Origin: Eledone cirrhosa
Taxonomy: Eukaryota
Assembly: GCA_964016885.1 (NCBI GenBank)
Contig: OZ024752.1
Span: forward strand, 46,686,001-46,750,000
Length of the DNA: 64,000 nt
Reading direction: 5' to 3'
This document shows positions 39,201 through 50,460 of this stretch, in pieces (position 1 is the first letter of the stretch; each line of letters opens with the position of its first letter). The translations under genes were made by a program, and so were the position numbers. The notes beneath the pieces were generated by a model. That model was not told the DNA's origin. It searched no databases and worked only from the letters and a program-made list of their open reading frames with translations.

Positions 39201-41782
39201 CCGTGCCAGTCTCCTACAACCATGCCACACCTCTTCATTTAGCAGCAATGGTAAATTACTAGTTCTTTTGATATTAAATTACCTGAAACTGGCCTCGTTT
39301 CTTACTATGTCCTGCTGAGATCTCAGAACTTACCTCTTCATGTAGCACACAAACTTATTTTAGTTTACTACTACTACTATTAGTAGTAATGTTTCCATTT
39401 GCTAATACTATCTACTGGTCGCAAATCCAGGCAGAAGGAGCAACGTAAAATAAAGTGTCTTGCTCAAGGACAACGCATCACCCGGTCAAGGAATGAAACT
39501 CACAATGTACCTTCATAAATATAGTATTATTCGAGAGGCAATAGATTGCTGGTAGTGTAATTCCAGGGACAGCAGATTGTCAAATTTTTTGGAGTGTTGG
39601 TATCTCTTTTAGCCCCTTTGCTTGTAACATCACTGGTTCCATCGATAAATGCTCCCAGCTTATTTTAAGTGATAGCACTGGTGCCACAATAAAAGCATCC
39701 AATCCATGCTGTTATATGGCAAAACACACCAGAATGGCATCCATTCGTAGAAACCATGCCTAAAATGTAATCTGACATATCTGGTCGCAACAGCTGTCTA
39801 ACCCACACGACAGCTGTCTAACCCACACGACAGCTGTCTAACCCACACAACAGCTGTCTAACCCACACGACAGCTGTCTAACCCACGCAACAGCTATCTA
39901 ACCCATGCGACAGCTATCTAACCCATGCGACAGCTGTCTAACCCACACAACAGCTGTCTAACCCATGCGACAGCTGTCTAACCCACACAACAGCTGTCTA
40001 ACCCATGCGACAGCTGTCTAACCCATGCGACAGCTGTCTAACCCACGTGACAGCTGTCTAACCCATGCAACAGCTGTCTAACCCACGTGACAGCTGTCTA
40101 ACCCATGCAACAGCTGTCTAACCCATGCGACAGCTGTCTAACCCATGCGACAGCTGTCTAACCCACGTGACAGCTGTCTAACCCATGTGACAGCTGTCTA
40201 ACCCACGTGACAGCTGTCTAACCCATGTGACAGATGATCATGGATTCTCACTCTATTGGATTTGATAGGTTTGTGTGTGTTTTGTTATTTTCAATATAGG
40301 AAGGATATTTAGAAGTTATCAAATATTTGATATCACATGGAGCTGATAGAAATATCACCGATGATATGGGAAGAAAAGGTAAGCTAAAATCACATACTTC
40401 CTTCACCGTTTAACATTTACATTACTCTATATATACTATTGTATTTTCACAGTAAAGGCTTTACCTCACATAACATTTACATTACTCTATATATACTATT
40501 GTATTTTCACAGTAAAGACTTTACCTCACATAACATTACTCTATATATACTATTGTATTTTCACAGTAAAGGCTTTACCTCACATAATATCGAATCTACA
40601 AGATTTTGCTGAAATTTATTTTGAGAACAATACCATATTGGTATGAGGGGCCAGTTACGTCTGGTTTGAACAGAAAGAGGTGATAGAATTTTGGCCGGAT
40701 ATAACCGGTTAAAATGCTGTATATAGGCGAGAGATTTAACGGATACTCTTGAAAACATTACTTTAATGGCCCTTCAACTTCACTTCTCCAAATTTATCAG
40801 TTACTATTCAGAACAAAGCTTTTATAAATGTAGTGGATAGTATTGCTATTCGTCATATTGAGAGGTTTGATCCACTTGAGAAATATTATCTGAAGTTTTT
40901 TCTACAATTACCATGTGAATTATAATCCTTGTATTCAACAACACATCTGTAATTCCAGCATTGACTGTTGTAGTTAGTCAAGGAGTTCACTTCACTTTCC
41001 ACCATCTGTTCTGCTCCTTCATGCCATGACCTTTGTCTTTTCATCCTTCCGAGGTTGATAAAATAAAGTACCAGTCAAGCACTGAGGTCAATATAATAGA
41101 TTTACCTTTTCTCCACAAAATTGATGGCTTTCTGCATAAATTAGAAGTTCTTTTATTGAAGCCTGCACACCTTCATAGAAGTAGAGGTCGTCCTGCAACA
41201 ACATATCTGGATATTTTATGTGCTGACACGGGAGGGAATTTAACAGATCTTGAAGTAATAATTGTTTCTACGTTAGGCACAAGGCCAGCATATTACTGGT
41301 ACTTGAAGTAATAATGCTAGATCGAGACAAATGGAAGGAGTATTGTTCATTGGATCAAAGAAACTGGACTCGTGAGAAAGAAGTCATACTTTGGTTGTCG
41401 GAGAGTGGATTGATAAAATTAGTAGGACCGCCACACAAAATACCTTATGGTGTTTATTGTGACCTGTTGAATTCAAATCCTGTCATGGTCAACTTTACCA
41501 CAGATTTTTCCAAGGTTGCTAAAAGAGATTACCAGTCAAATACTGGCGTCTATATATTTAACTTGCCCCTCCCCTCCAAAATTGCTAGCCATGTGCCTAA
41601 AATTAAAAATCACCATCACCATTTCTGTTTTTACTCTTCCTTCAGTTTTGCTTCCATGTCTTACTAACACATTATTATTATTATTATTATTTTCAGCCTC
41701 TGACATAGTTTCTCTTAAGCATAAACCCTGTTTGGATATCCTTCTTCAAAATGGAACTGTAAACAATAACATCAGTCTTTGA
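18690..41782 (+). CDS. ANKRD16: Ankyrin repeat domain-containing protein 16, 7 exons (~355 aa)
   Basis: Exons 18690-19060, 34009-34131, 35223-35320, 36259-36410, 39092-39250, 40300-40378, 41697-41782 join in frame. Motifs KKGDWTALMLA, GANPALVNKDGWNSFHI, RTPLHTAALHG and RDTCGTTPLMDAIRGGH match ANKRD16 as recalled. An upstream in-frame ATG at 18639 is possible. Confidence 0.9.
22219..27141 (-). CDS. Intracellular lipid-binding (FABP/iLBP) family protein, 136 aa, nested in ANKRD16 intron 1
   Basis: Exons 27141-27066 (MDNFIGKWEQFDEPIENIDAFLEAAG), 25497-25322 (...YCFKIGVPFDSIDLHGKNFK), 23624-23517 (...IITREIEGDILKM), 22269-22219 (TMTVKDVSASCRAKRV*). Has the FxGKW motif and the canonical 4-exon, phase 1/0/0 iLBP structure; AATAAA at 22108-22103 on the minus strand. 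Confidence 0.88.
24059..25231 (+). mobile_element. piggyBac-like MITE (TTAA-CCCTTT...AAAGGG-TTAA) expanded by an internal 60-71 bp satellite
   Basis: Termini TTAACCCTTTAGCATTTA and TAAATGGTAAAGGGTTAA. Unexpanded copies at 1008-1230, 6311-6529, 11789-12235, 46438-46803, 58540-58662. Confidence 0.7.
34546..35107. repeat. (GAT/GGT)n trinucleotide tract, intronic
   Basis: Seen directly; explains the spurious poly-His and poly-Met/Val ORFs. Confidence 0.9.
35718..35753 (+). ncRNA. Minimal type I hammerhead ribozyme motif (Penelope-type)
   Basis: TCTT-CTGATGA-A-GGAC-TAGC-GTCC-GAAA-CGTT-AAGA: conserved core, 4-bp helices I and II, palindromic ACGT helix III. Confidence 0.6.
37757..38060 (+). mobile_element. 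tRNA-derived SINE family B (CORE-like domain, LINE-like tail)
   Basis: TGGCTTAGTGGTTAGAGC A-box, GAGTTCA B-box, CCTTGAGCAAGACACTT core, tail GGAAGGGCATCCAGCTGTAG. Other copies at 2575-2905(-), 11395-11760, 23330-23455(-), 32250-32420, 45880-46000, 56065-56298(-). Confidence 0.8.
39790..40233. repeat. 20-bp minisatellite (CAGCTGTCTAACCCAYRYRA)
   Basis: About 22 tandem copies. Confidence 0.9.
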
Positions 41783-43239
41783 TGACATTTTAAAATGTTG
41801 AGGAATTTTTTTACAGTTTCAAAAATGATTTCATTTCAGTAAATTGAGATCCTTTCCTGCAGACCAGAGAGAAAAGTTAAAACAAGTCAATGTGAGTGAC
41901 CTTTGACCTATGTGAAACATTTGAAAATCTTCACATACATCCTATTAGGTATGGAGTTGGCAAAGCTGTTAGAATGTTGGATAGAATGTTTTACAGTATT
42001 AGTTCCAGCACACAATGCTCTGACTTCATATCTGACAGGTCATCCCTTCGAGGTCAATAACAAAAAACTACCAGTCCAATACTGGAGTCAATAACCTTTT
42101 CTCATTTCGTCTCATTCTCTGTTCAAACCTGAATAAGGTACGGGCTCAACCAAGACATATGGCACTATGTCACTGCTTCAATTCCATCAGGAATTACAAG
42201 TCCATATATATACAAAAGCAGTTATCAGGTAGAACTACTTTTTGTTGCAACATGACTGATATAAAATGCATTTTATGTGTGTGAACTTATGTAATGAGTC
42301 GCAAGCATATATATATATACACACACAAACAGATAAGGTGTGGGCACCTCTTAAAACATCTTACAGGGTGGACTGGGTGTTTTTTATTGTAGCACCAAAA
42401 CGACCATCTTAAAGAGTGGACTAGGTGTTTTGTTATACATACATACCTATATATATGCTAAGGTATCAATACATATGTGTATGATGATCATGTTTCTCAA
42501 TAAATACGCTTGGACCTTTGTTCAAGGCATCAATAATTCAAAATAAAAAAATATATGTAAATGTTTATAAATAGAGAGAGATCATTTGAGAGACATTGTT
42601 TTGTACATATATTTAATATACGTGTGCAAAATACTGTTTCTCAAACGATATATAGTTCTGTGTTCACAGATTGATTTTTTTTTTTGTTTCAGAAGATCCC
42701 GTTAAGGGTGAAAGCAGCAATTCTTTGCTTAAATGTTAATAAATGCATAGTGTTTATATATATTTATATAGTATTTCGTTTATTTATTTTTATTGCAATA
42801 ATTATATAATTAAATAGAAATTTGTTTAATAAACGTTATTTTGTATCAATTATACTAATAGTAAATAAAAAGTTTCACTGCGAAAATACGAAAACGTTAG
42901 TGAGAATGTGTGGCTAACTTTTAAAGGTAGCACGTGTTGTAATGAAGACCCGGGAATTTGAAGTTTATCGTAATTATTACACAACTCAAATTTATTTTCT
43001 ATATTATATTAACTATTTCAACTTCCATAAGTAATTTATCTACCGAATATCATTGACAAATGAAATATAAGAATAGATATATAGAAATAAGGAAAGGTAA
43101 AAATTACAGACAAAATTAACAAGACAGACACACCTCCAATTATACACGGCAACAGAAAATATGGGTGTCTCCTCCCAAATATTTTTATTGGCAAGCTAAA
43201 ACATTCACGACATTGTCGCTGGAAATATCGAATCTAAGG

Positions 43240-43828
43240 TCATGTAATATTCACGTACATTTATTAGTATTGTGTAATATTTTAGTACATTTATTAATAT
43301 TGTGTAATATTCACGTACATTTATTAGTATTGTGTAATATTTTAGTACATTTATTAATATTGTGTAATATTTTAGTACATTTATTAGTATCGTGTAATAT
43401 TTTAGTACATTTATTAGTATTCTGTAATATTTTAGTACATTTATTAGTATCGTGTAATATTTTAGTACATTTATTAGTATTGTGTAATATTTTAGTACAT
43501 TTATTAGTATTGTGTAATATTTTAGTACATTTATTAGTATTGTGTAATATTTTTAGTACATTTATTAGTATCGTGTAATATTTTAGTACATTTATTAGTA
43601 TCGTGTAATATTTTAGTACATTTATTAGTATTCTGTAATATTCACGTACATTTATTAGTATCGTGTAATATTTTAGTACATTTATTAGTATTGTGTAATA
43701 TTTTAGTACATTTATTAGTATCGTGTAATATTTTAGTACATTTATTAGTATTCTGTAATATTCACGTACATTTATTAGTATCGTGTAATATTTTAGTACA
43801 TTTATTAGTATTCTGTAATATTTTAGTA
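43240..43828. repeat. 30-bp minisatellite
   Basis: TGTAATATTTTAGTACATTTATTAGTATYG repeated about 19 times. Confidence 0.9.
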
Positions 43829-44689
43829 AAACGAACCACTAGCAACGATAGAAACTTCGTTGTCAGCCACCCCGAACTTCTGGAATATAAAAGTTAGTTT
43901 ATGTAATTTATTTTTACCATGGTTTTTATATGGTGGTGTTTGTCTAGGGTCTTTCATAACATTTATTTAATGTTTGCTTTATTTAAAGTGTGTTTTTGTG
44001 GGGTGGTGTCGAGCGTAAGATTATCTTTCTGATAGAAATTCATTTCTCGGTCTCTTCCATGACATGTTCATTGTTCAAATGTAAGGCTAACGAAGTTCAC
44101 CTTTTGCTTATATATATTCCAGCCGTGACCCTCTCGTCTTATTTGGTATTTCTGACATTTTATATGTGGAACTTACATGTTGTTCATATATATTCCAGCC
44201 GTGACCGTCTCGTCTTGTTTAGTATTTCTGATATTTTATATCTGTAACTTACATGTAAATACGCTACTATTTAACAGTATAGAGTAGAGTAATATTTGAG
44301 GGAGCTATAGCTGCTATGTTTAACATTGAAAGGCTAGCTCTTCGCTGGCACCACATGTAGATGACAGTTGTGTAGCTGCAGTTGGGACCAGCTTCAATAT
44401 AAATTGCATATCTATATTTATTTCACACTCGTTAAGAAATAAATGTAAACAAAATCCGGTTATTTTTTTAAAATAACACTTATTTCGTGTTAGAGGTGAA
44501 GTTTAGGTTTCTAAAAGCAGTTTAGAGGACCATAACCAGTCAGTTGTGTCAAAAATCCAACAACTTCTCTCGTGTTTTTGATTTATACGATAAAAGCACC
44601 CAGTACATGCTATAATGTAGTTGGTGATAGGAAGGGCATCCAGCCAGGCTATAAAGAAATGACCAAGAGGGAAGAAGAACCTCACTGAA

Positions 44690-45540
44690 CCCTCAGCCAG
44701 TGCTTCAAGTGTCAGGGTCTGCACATGGCAAAGGACTGAAGCCAGGTATAATTTGCTACTGATGCAAGTGGACAAACCATATCACCAACAGTTGCGACCA
44801 GGTGTGGTAATGGGCATAGATGCGATTGTCTCCTTAGGAGGCATTACAGTGAGTGAGGTTGGGGTAATGTTTGGTTGTATGGGAACACCATGTGCCATGA
44901 GTGTGTAACAAGAGACCAGAACTGTGTTTGATGGGCAGCAATGGATAGATGAGTGGTACTGGAAAGGAAAGCCTTAACACTGAAGAACAGAGTGAGCTGC
45001 TATCAGTATACCTTGAAAGGAAAGGCTAGAAGTGACTTTGAGGGAGAGGCGCAAAGATGGAAGGAGGTGATAAAGAGGAGTGTTGCTGTTAATGGCAGTT
45101 GTGCAACCACTGAAGAACAAGATCACTTCTGGACTTTTGTGAACATGTCATGCCACACAGGCAGTGATGTCACAGATGTCTGCAGAGAAACCCTGCGAGA
45201 GTGGAATCAAATGATGGTGGCCTCCACGATTGTCGACTTAAATTGAGCATTTGTATGAGTGGGCGAAGAAGTCTGAGTTAAGACCCCGAATGGGCGTCTC
45301 AATGGGAACAGCAGCTGCTGTATATTCCCGAAACAATGTGTCTGGATGGAATGCTGCATCACATCTTGGATGTCTGTAGAATCATTGATTTTACGGACTT
45401 GGGAGAAGATAAAGAAAGCGCTGCCCCTACTCTGCTGATATTGCAACTGGACCGGGATTGATCCTTGAGATCTGTGGGGGACATCTTACTGGAAGCAGAT
45501 TACGTCACACAAGGGTTTGGGTGCCAATTATGGCCTATTG
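44690..45540 (+). mobile_element. Decayed gag-pol (LTR, Ty3/gypsy-like) retroelement fragment
   Basis: Two zinc knuckles with internal stops (CFKCQGLHMAKD* and ICY*CKWTNHITNSC), protease-like GVVMGIDAI, RT N-terminal remnants (LMAVVQPLKNK; VCRETLREW...IVDL). Frameshifts and stops throughout. Confidence 0.6.
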
Positions 45541-48222
45541 TGGATGTGTATATGAAAGTGAACGAGAGAGGCTCTGTAATTCTCAGTCAAACTTAAGTCA
45601 CGTGGACATTCAAGGTAGGTCTGTTGGCTTCCTACCACAAATTTGACAGCATTTTAAACACGCACACAAACATATATACACTCTTATGTTAAACATTGAT
45701 GCAATTCAAGTCAAGCAATCTACATAGGAATGACGTAGTATAATTGTGTGGGCAGGAGATAGAAATTATAATGCCTTGTGCTATATACTTTTGTCCCTCT
45801 ACATCAGATGTTTCTGCGAATTAGTTTCAGATGTTAAAGTCCTTTATTGATAAGGCTGTGATACATATTTCAATGTGAAGACACATTGTGAGTTCAATTT
45901 TCAGTTTGGGTGATGTGTTGTTTCCTTGAGCAAGACACTTTATTTCACATTGCTCCAGTTTACTCAGCTGTAGTAATGAGATGATAGGACTGGGGTCCTT
46001 ATCATTAAATTACCCAAGACACCTCTAACAAGATATACTTTGGAGGAGGCCAGCTAAACCTGCATAGGTGTGAGCTGTCACATATACACACACATATTTC
46101 AATGACACGTAATTCCACCTAACCTGTGCCATGATCTGAACATTATGCAGAATTAGTGAAATCCCTAATATACATTAATCAGTTTCCCATAGCTAGTGTA
46201 GCTATTGTTTTACTGTCTCCATCATAACATTTCAGCAACCCTTAGAAATATTTGACAATGCAAGTGTCCCACCCCTCACAAAGTTTAGCATGCCACCATC
46301 TGAGTGTTGTTGAGAACCAGTGTACCTGTCCTTCACTAACACATTGAACACTAATAAAAAAAATATCAGCTTCATTATTGTTTATGTATTATTCACATTT
46401 GTTAACATATTTGTATTCCATTTACTAGTAAATGCCATTAACCCTTTAGCATTTCAACCGGCCGTATCTGGCCAGAATTCTTTCACCTCTTTCTGTTCAA
46501 ACTGGCCACTCATACTTACGTTAAGGTATTGTTCTCAAAATAAATATCAAAACCTGATAGATCCGATTAAAGCCTTTACTATGAAAATAGAAGAATAAAT
46601 GTAGAATAATTGTTTCTACTTTTGGCACAAGGCCAGCAATTACTGGTACTTTATTTTATCGACCCCGTAAGGATGAAAGGCAAAGTTAACCTCGGCGGGA
46701 TTTGAACTCAGATCATAAAGGGCCGTAACTCTATGCGTCAAAGCATGGCGTCCGACTCTCTACCTATACTAAATGTAGAATAATGTAAATGCTAAAGGGT
46801 TAATGTGGCTGATGTCTGTATGTAGGTAAGAAATCTATATTTTTGCTTATTTGTTTTAAAAAAATATGTGAACGAAATGAATGGAAGTAATCCGTTAGGA
46901 AGACAGATTTATGTAACATTTAAAAAAATTATAAATCAGAAATAATTTTGTTACTAGTAAGTGTATATATATTACAAAGTCAAATTCTGTAACAGTGTTC
47001 AAGGATATGGTATACAATATGAGTGTCTGTGAAACATATAGACCCGGTCTGTAACAGAGGAACTGCCTTTCTCTCCTACAGCCAGCTAACCCTTGACGTC
47101 TTGTAGGATCACTTATAGCCAGCTAAACCCTGGTCCCCAGAAGGTTAGTGGGCGAAAGAAGCAGCTTTAGAGCATATACTTCACATAGCATCTTGTCGCC
47201 TAAACCCTGGTCAATGGCCAGCTTAAGGGTGTATACACCCATAGTCAATACCAGGTATTTTCCATGGGTCAGATGTGCCAAACCTTGCTCATATATATGT
47301 ATGCACTTGTAGTTGTCCATCAATTGTGGACCCTTTGGATGACTGTACAGACAGGACAAAGGGATATTTGGTATGGCTTTCAGACCTTCTTAGCTTATGA
47401 CTCCATTTTAAGGACATGTACATTTCATAGTATATACTATGTTAAACCATTGTCAATCCCTGCCTAGCAGGCGAAATAGGCAGTTTAAGGCATAAATTTC
47501 TGGTCAAATCCAGTTGAGAGGGTGATAGGAGTTTAATGACGTAAAGACCATAGTCACTACCTGTTTATACCAATAAAATTATCACAGGATACTCTACGGT
47601 CAGTGCTTTAGAGGGTGAAAACTTCTCTACAGCCAGCTAAGCCCTGGTCAATTCCAGGTGAGAGGTGATTGAAGCAGTTTAATGACGTAAAGTCCTCTAT
47701 GGCCCAAGCCAATACCTGCTTAGAGGGCGTAAAATTCTCACAGGACCCTCTACGGTCAGTTAAACTGTACTCAGTGCCTTAGAGGGCGAAAACTTCTCGT
47801 AGGATTATCTACGGCCAGCTAAACCATAGTCAATGCCAGCTAAGCTTCTCATAAGATCGTCTATGGCCAGCTAACCCAGTGAGATGATGATTGAAGCAGT
47901 TTAAGGATGTATACTTCTGATAGGACCCTCTATGGTTAGCTAAAACATTCAATACCTGCTTAGAGGGCGTAAACTTCTCATAGGATTATCTACGGTCAGC
48001 TAAACCCTGGTCAATGACGGGTTAGAGGGTGAAAGAAGCAATTTTAGAATATCTTGCCACAAAATGCTAGGCTAAGGGGACCTGTAGCTAAACCCTGGTC
48101 AGTAGAAGCTTAGAGGGCGAAGAAACAGGTTTAAGGCGTATACGGACAACTAAACGCTGGTCAATACATGATTAAAGGGCGAAAGAAGCAAATCATTTTA
48201 GCGTATACTACGGCCACACAAA

Positions 48223-48734
48223 CCTGGTCAATGCCAGGCTAGAGGGCTAAAGTATAGATCTCCTACGGCCAGCTAAACCCTGGTCAATGCCAGGCTAGAG
48301 GGCTAAAGTATAGATCTCCTACGGCCAGCTAAACCCTGGTCAATGCCAGGCTAGAGGGCTAAAGTATGGATCTCCTACGGCCAGCTAAACCCTGGTCAAT
48401 GCCAGGCTAGAGGGCTAAAGTATGGATCTCCTACGGCCAGCTAAACCCTGGTCAATGCCAGGCTAGAGGGCTAAAGTATGGATCTCCTACGGCCAGCTAA
48501 ACCCTGGTCAATGCCAGGCTAGAGGGCTAAAGTATGGATCTCCTACGGCCAGCTAAACCCTGGTCAATGCCAGGCTAGAGGGCTAAAGTATGGATCTCCT
48601 ACGGCCAGCTAAACCCTGGTCAATGCCAGGCTAGAGGGCTAAAGTATGGATCTCCTACGGCCAGCTAAACCCTGGTCAATGCCAGGCTAGAGGGCTAAAG
48701 TATAGATCTCCTACGGCCAGCTAAACCCTGGTCA
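48223..48734. repeat. 56-bp tandem repeat, ~9 near-perfect copies, with degenerate relatives at 47080-48220 and 51495-51605
   Basis: Unit CCTGGTCAATGCCAGGCTAGAGGGCTAAAGTATRGATCTCCTACGGCCAGCTAAAC. Confidence 0.9.
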
Positions 48735-49148
48735 CTAAACGCTTATAGGACGGAAGATGCATATATGTTCCATAGGCTGTCCTACGGCCAACTAAATGCT
48801 GGTCAGTAGCAGGTAATGGCGAAAGAAGCAGGTCTTTAATGTTGCTGGACTGTCATCTATACGGAGGTAAGTGATTAATCATTGAAAAATATATATAAAC
48901 GAAATAAATGGAGGTAATTCGTTCGGAATACATTCGTGTCGATGTTTATAATAAATAATTTATTGAAAAAAACAGATCAGAGATCGAATCCCTCATTATC
49001 ACAATACCACCAATGCGCTATTAATTTTACTGTAAAAATATATTTACTCCGAATACAGAATTACCTCCCTTTGTTTCGTTTATATTTTTTTTAAATCAAC
49101 GACGTCAAAAGTAGCTATAAGTATGACTAATTTACTCAGTAGAATTGC

Positions 49149-49304
49149 GGCCTTCGAGGTGGCGTGCGAGCTGCGTATCGGATTACCAGTCCAAGTGACT
49201 GAGGTTCGTGTCGTGGTGGCGTGCGATTGCTAAGTAGGCCTGGGACTACTCTGGGCCGGCACATAGATGCTTGGCCCGTCCCAGCCACCTCGGATTGACT
49301 TTTT
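49149..49304 (+). ncRNA. Candidate structured small RNA of unknown family (Pol III-like)
   Basis: GC-rich island in AT-rich DNA. 11-bp terminal stem TTCGAGGTGGC/GCCACCTCGGA, two internal bulged hairpins, B-box-like GGTTCGTGTC, TATAAG about 30 nt upstream, and a T5 run at the end. Confidence 0.4.
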
Positions 49305-49344
49305 ACTTCAAAAATTGTGAATTATCTCCCCTTGGATATTATCT

Positions 49345-50460
49345 CCCTTTACATACTTAATTTTCTTTTTTCGACATTTACATACTTAGTTTCTTTTTTT
49401 TCGACACTTCATTTACATACTTAATTTTCTTTTTTCGACACTTCATTTACATACTTAATTTTCTTTTTTCGACACTTCATTTACATACTTAATTTTCTTT
49501 TAGTTTCTTCTTTTTCGACACTTCATTTACATACTTAATTTTCTTTTTTCGACACTTCATTTACATACCTAATTTTCTTTTAGTTTCTTTTTTTTCGACA
49601 CTTCATTTACATACTTAATTTTCTTTTTTTTCGACACTTCATTTACATACTTAATTTTCTTTTTTCGACACTTCATTTACATACCTAATTTTCTTTTAGT
49701 TTCTTTTTTTTCGACACTTCATTTACATACTTAATTTTCTTTTTTCGACACTTCATTTACATACCTAATTTTCTTTTTTTTCGACACTTCATTTACATAC
49801 TTAATTTTCTTTTTTTTCGACACTTCATTTACATACTTAATTTTCTTTTTTCGACACTTCATTTACATACCTAATTTTCTTTTAGTTTCTTTTTTTTCGA
49901 CACTTCATTTACATACTTAATTTTCTTTTTTCGACATTTACATACTTAGTTTCTTTTTTTTCGACACTTCATTTACATACCTAATTTTCTTTTAGTTTCT
50001 TTTTTTTTCGACACTTCATTTACATACTTAGTTTCTTCTTTTTCGACACTTCATTTACATACTTAATTTTCTTTTTTTCGACACTTCATTTACATACCTA
50101 ATTTTCTTTTAGTTTCTTTTTTTTCGACACTTCTATTTACAGTTTTAGACACTTCATCTACATTCTTAGTTTCTTTTTTCGACACTTCATTTACATACTT
50201 AATTTTCGACACTTCTATTTACAGTTTTAGACACTTCATCTACATTCTTAGTTTCTTTTTTCGACATACTTAATTTTTTACATACTTAATTTTCAACACT
50301 TGTATTTAGTTTTAGACACTTCATCTACATTCTTTTTTCGACACTTGATTTACATACCTAATTTTCTTTTTTCATTTACATACTTAGTTTCTTCTTTTTC
50401 CGACACTTCATTTACATTCTTAGTTTTCTTTTTCGACACTATATTCATTTACTTACATTT
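49345..50460. repeat. T-rich ~35-bp minisatellite (TTTTTTCGACACTTCATTTACATACTTAATTTTC)
   Basis: Tandem units with variable T tracts, seen directly. Confidence 0.9.

Noticed and set aside
47080-48734. CRISPR-like array (palindromic repeat with variable spacers)
   Set aside because: Eukaryotic context, no cas genes, and the spacers are homologous or identical to each other.
49254-49300. HDV-like ribozyme (GGCCGGCA...GTCCCAGCCACCTCG resembles the HDV genomic ribozyme 5' half)
   Set aside because: The 3' strands of P3, P1 and P2 and the catalytic C segment are absent downstream; the GTCCCA pairs with an upstream TGGGAC instead.
49149-49304. 7SL/Alu-domain, 5S rRNA, Y RNA or tRNA identity
   Set aside because: Only scattered 8-12 nt similarities; no SRP S domain, no colinear 5S match, no proper Ro-binding helix, and the T-arm stem does not pair.
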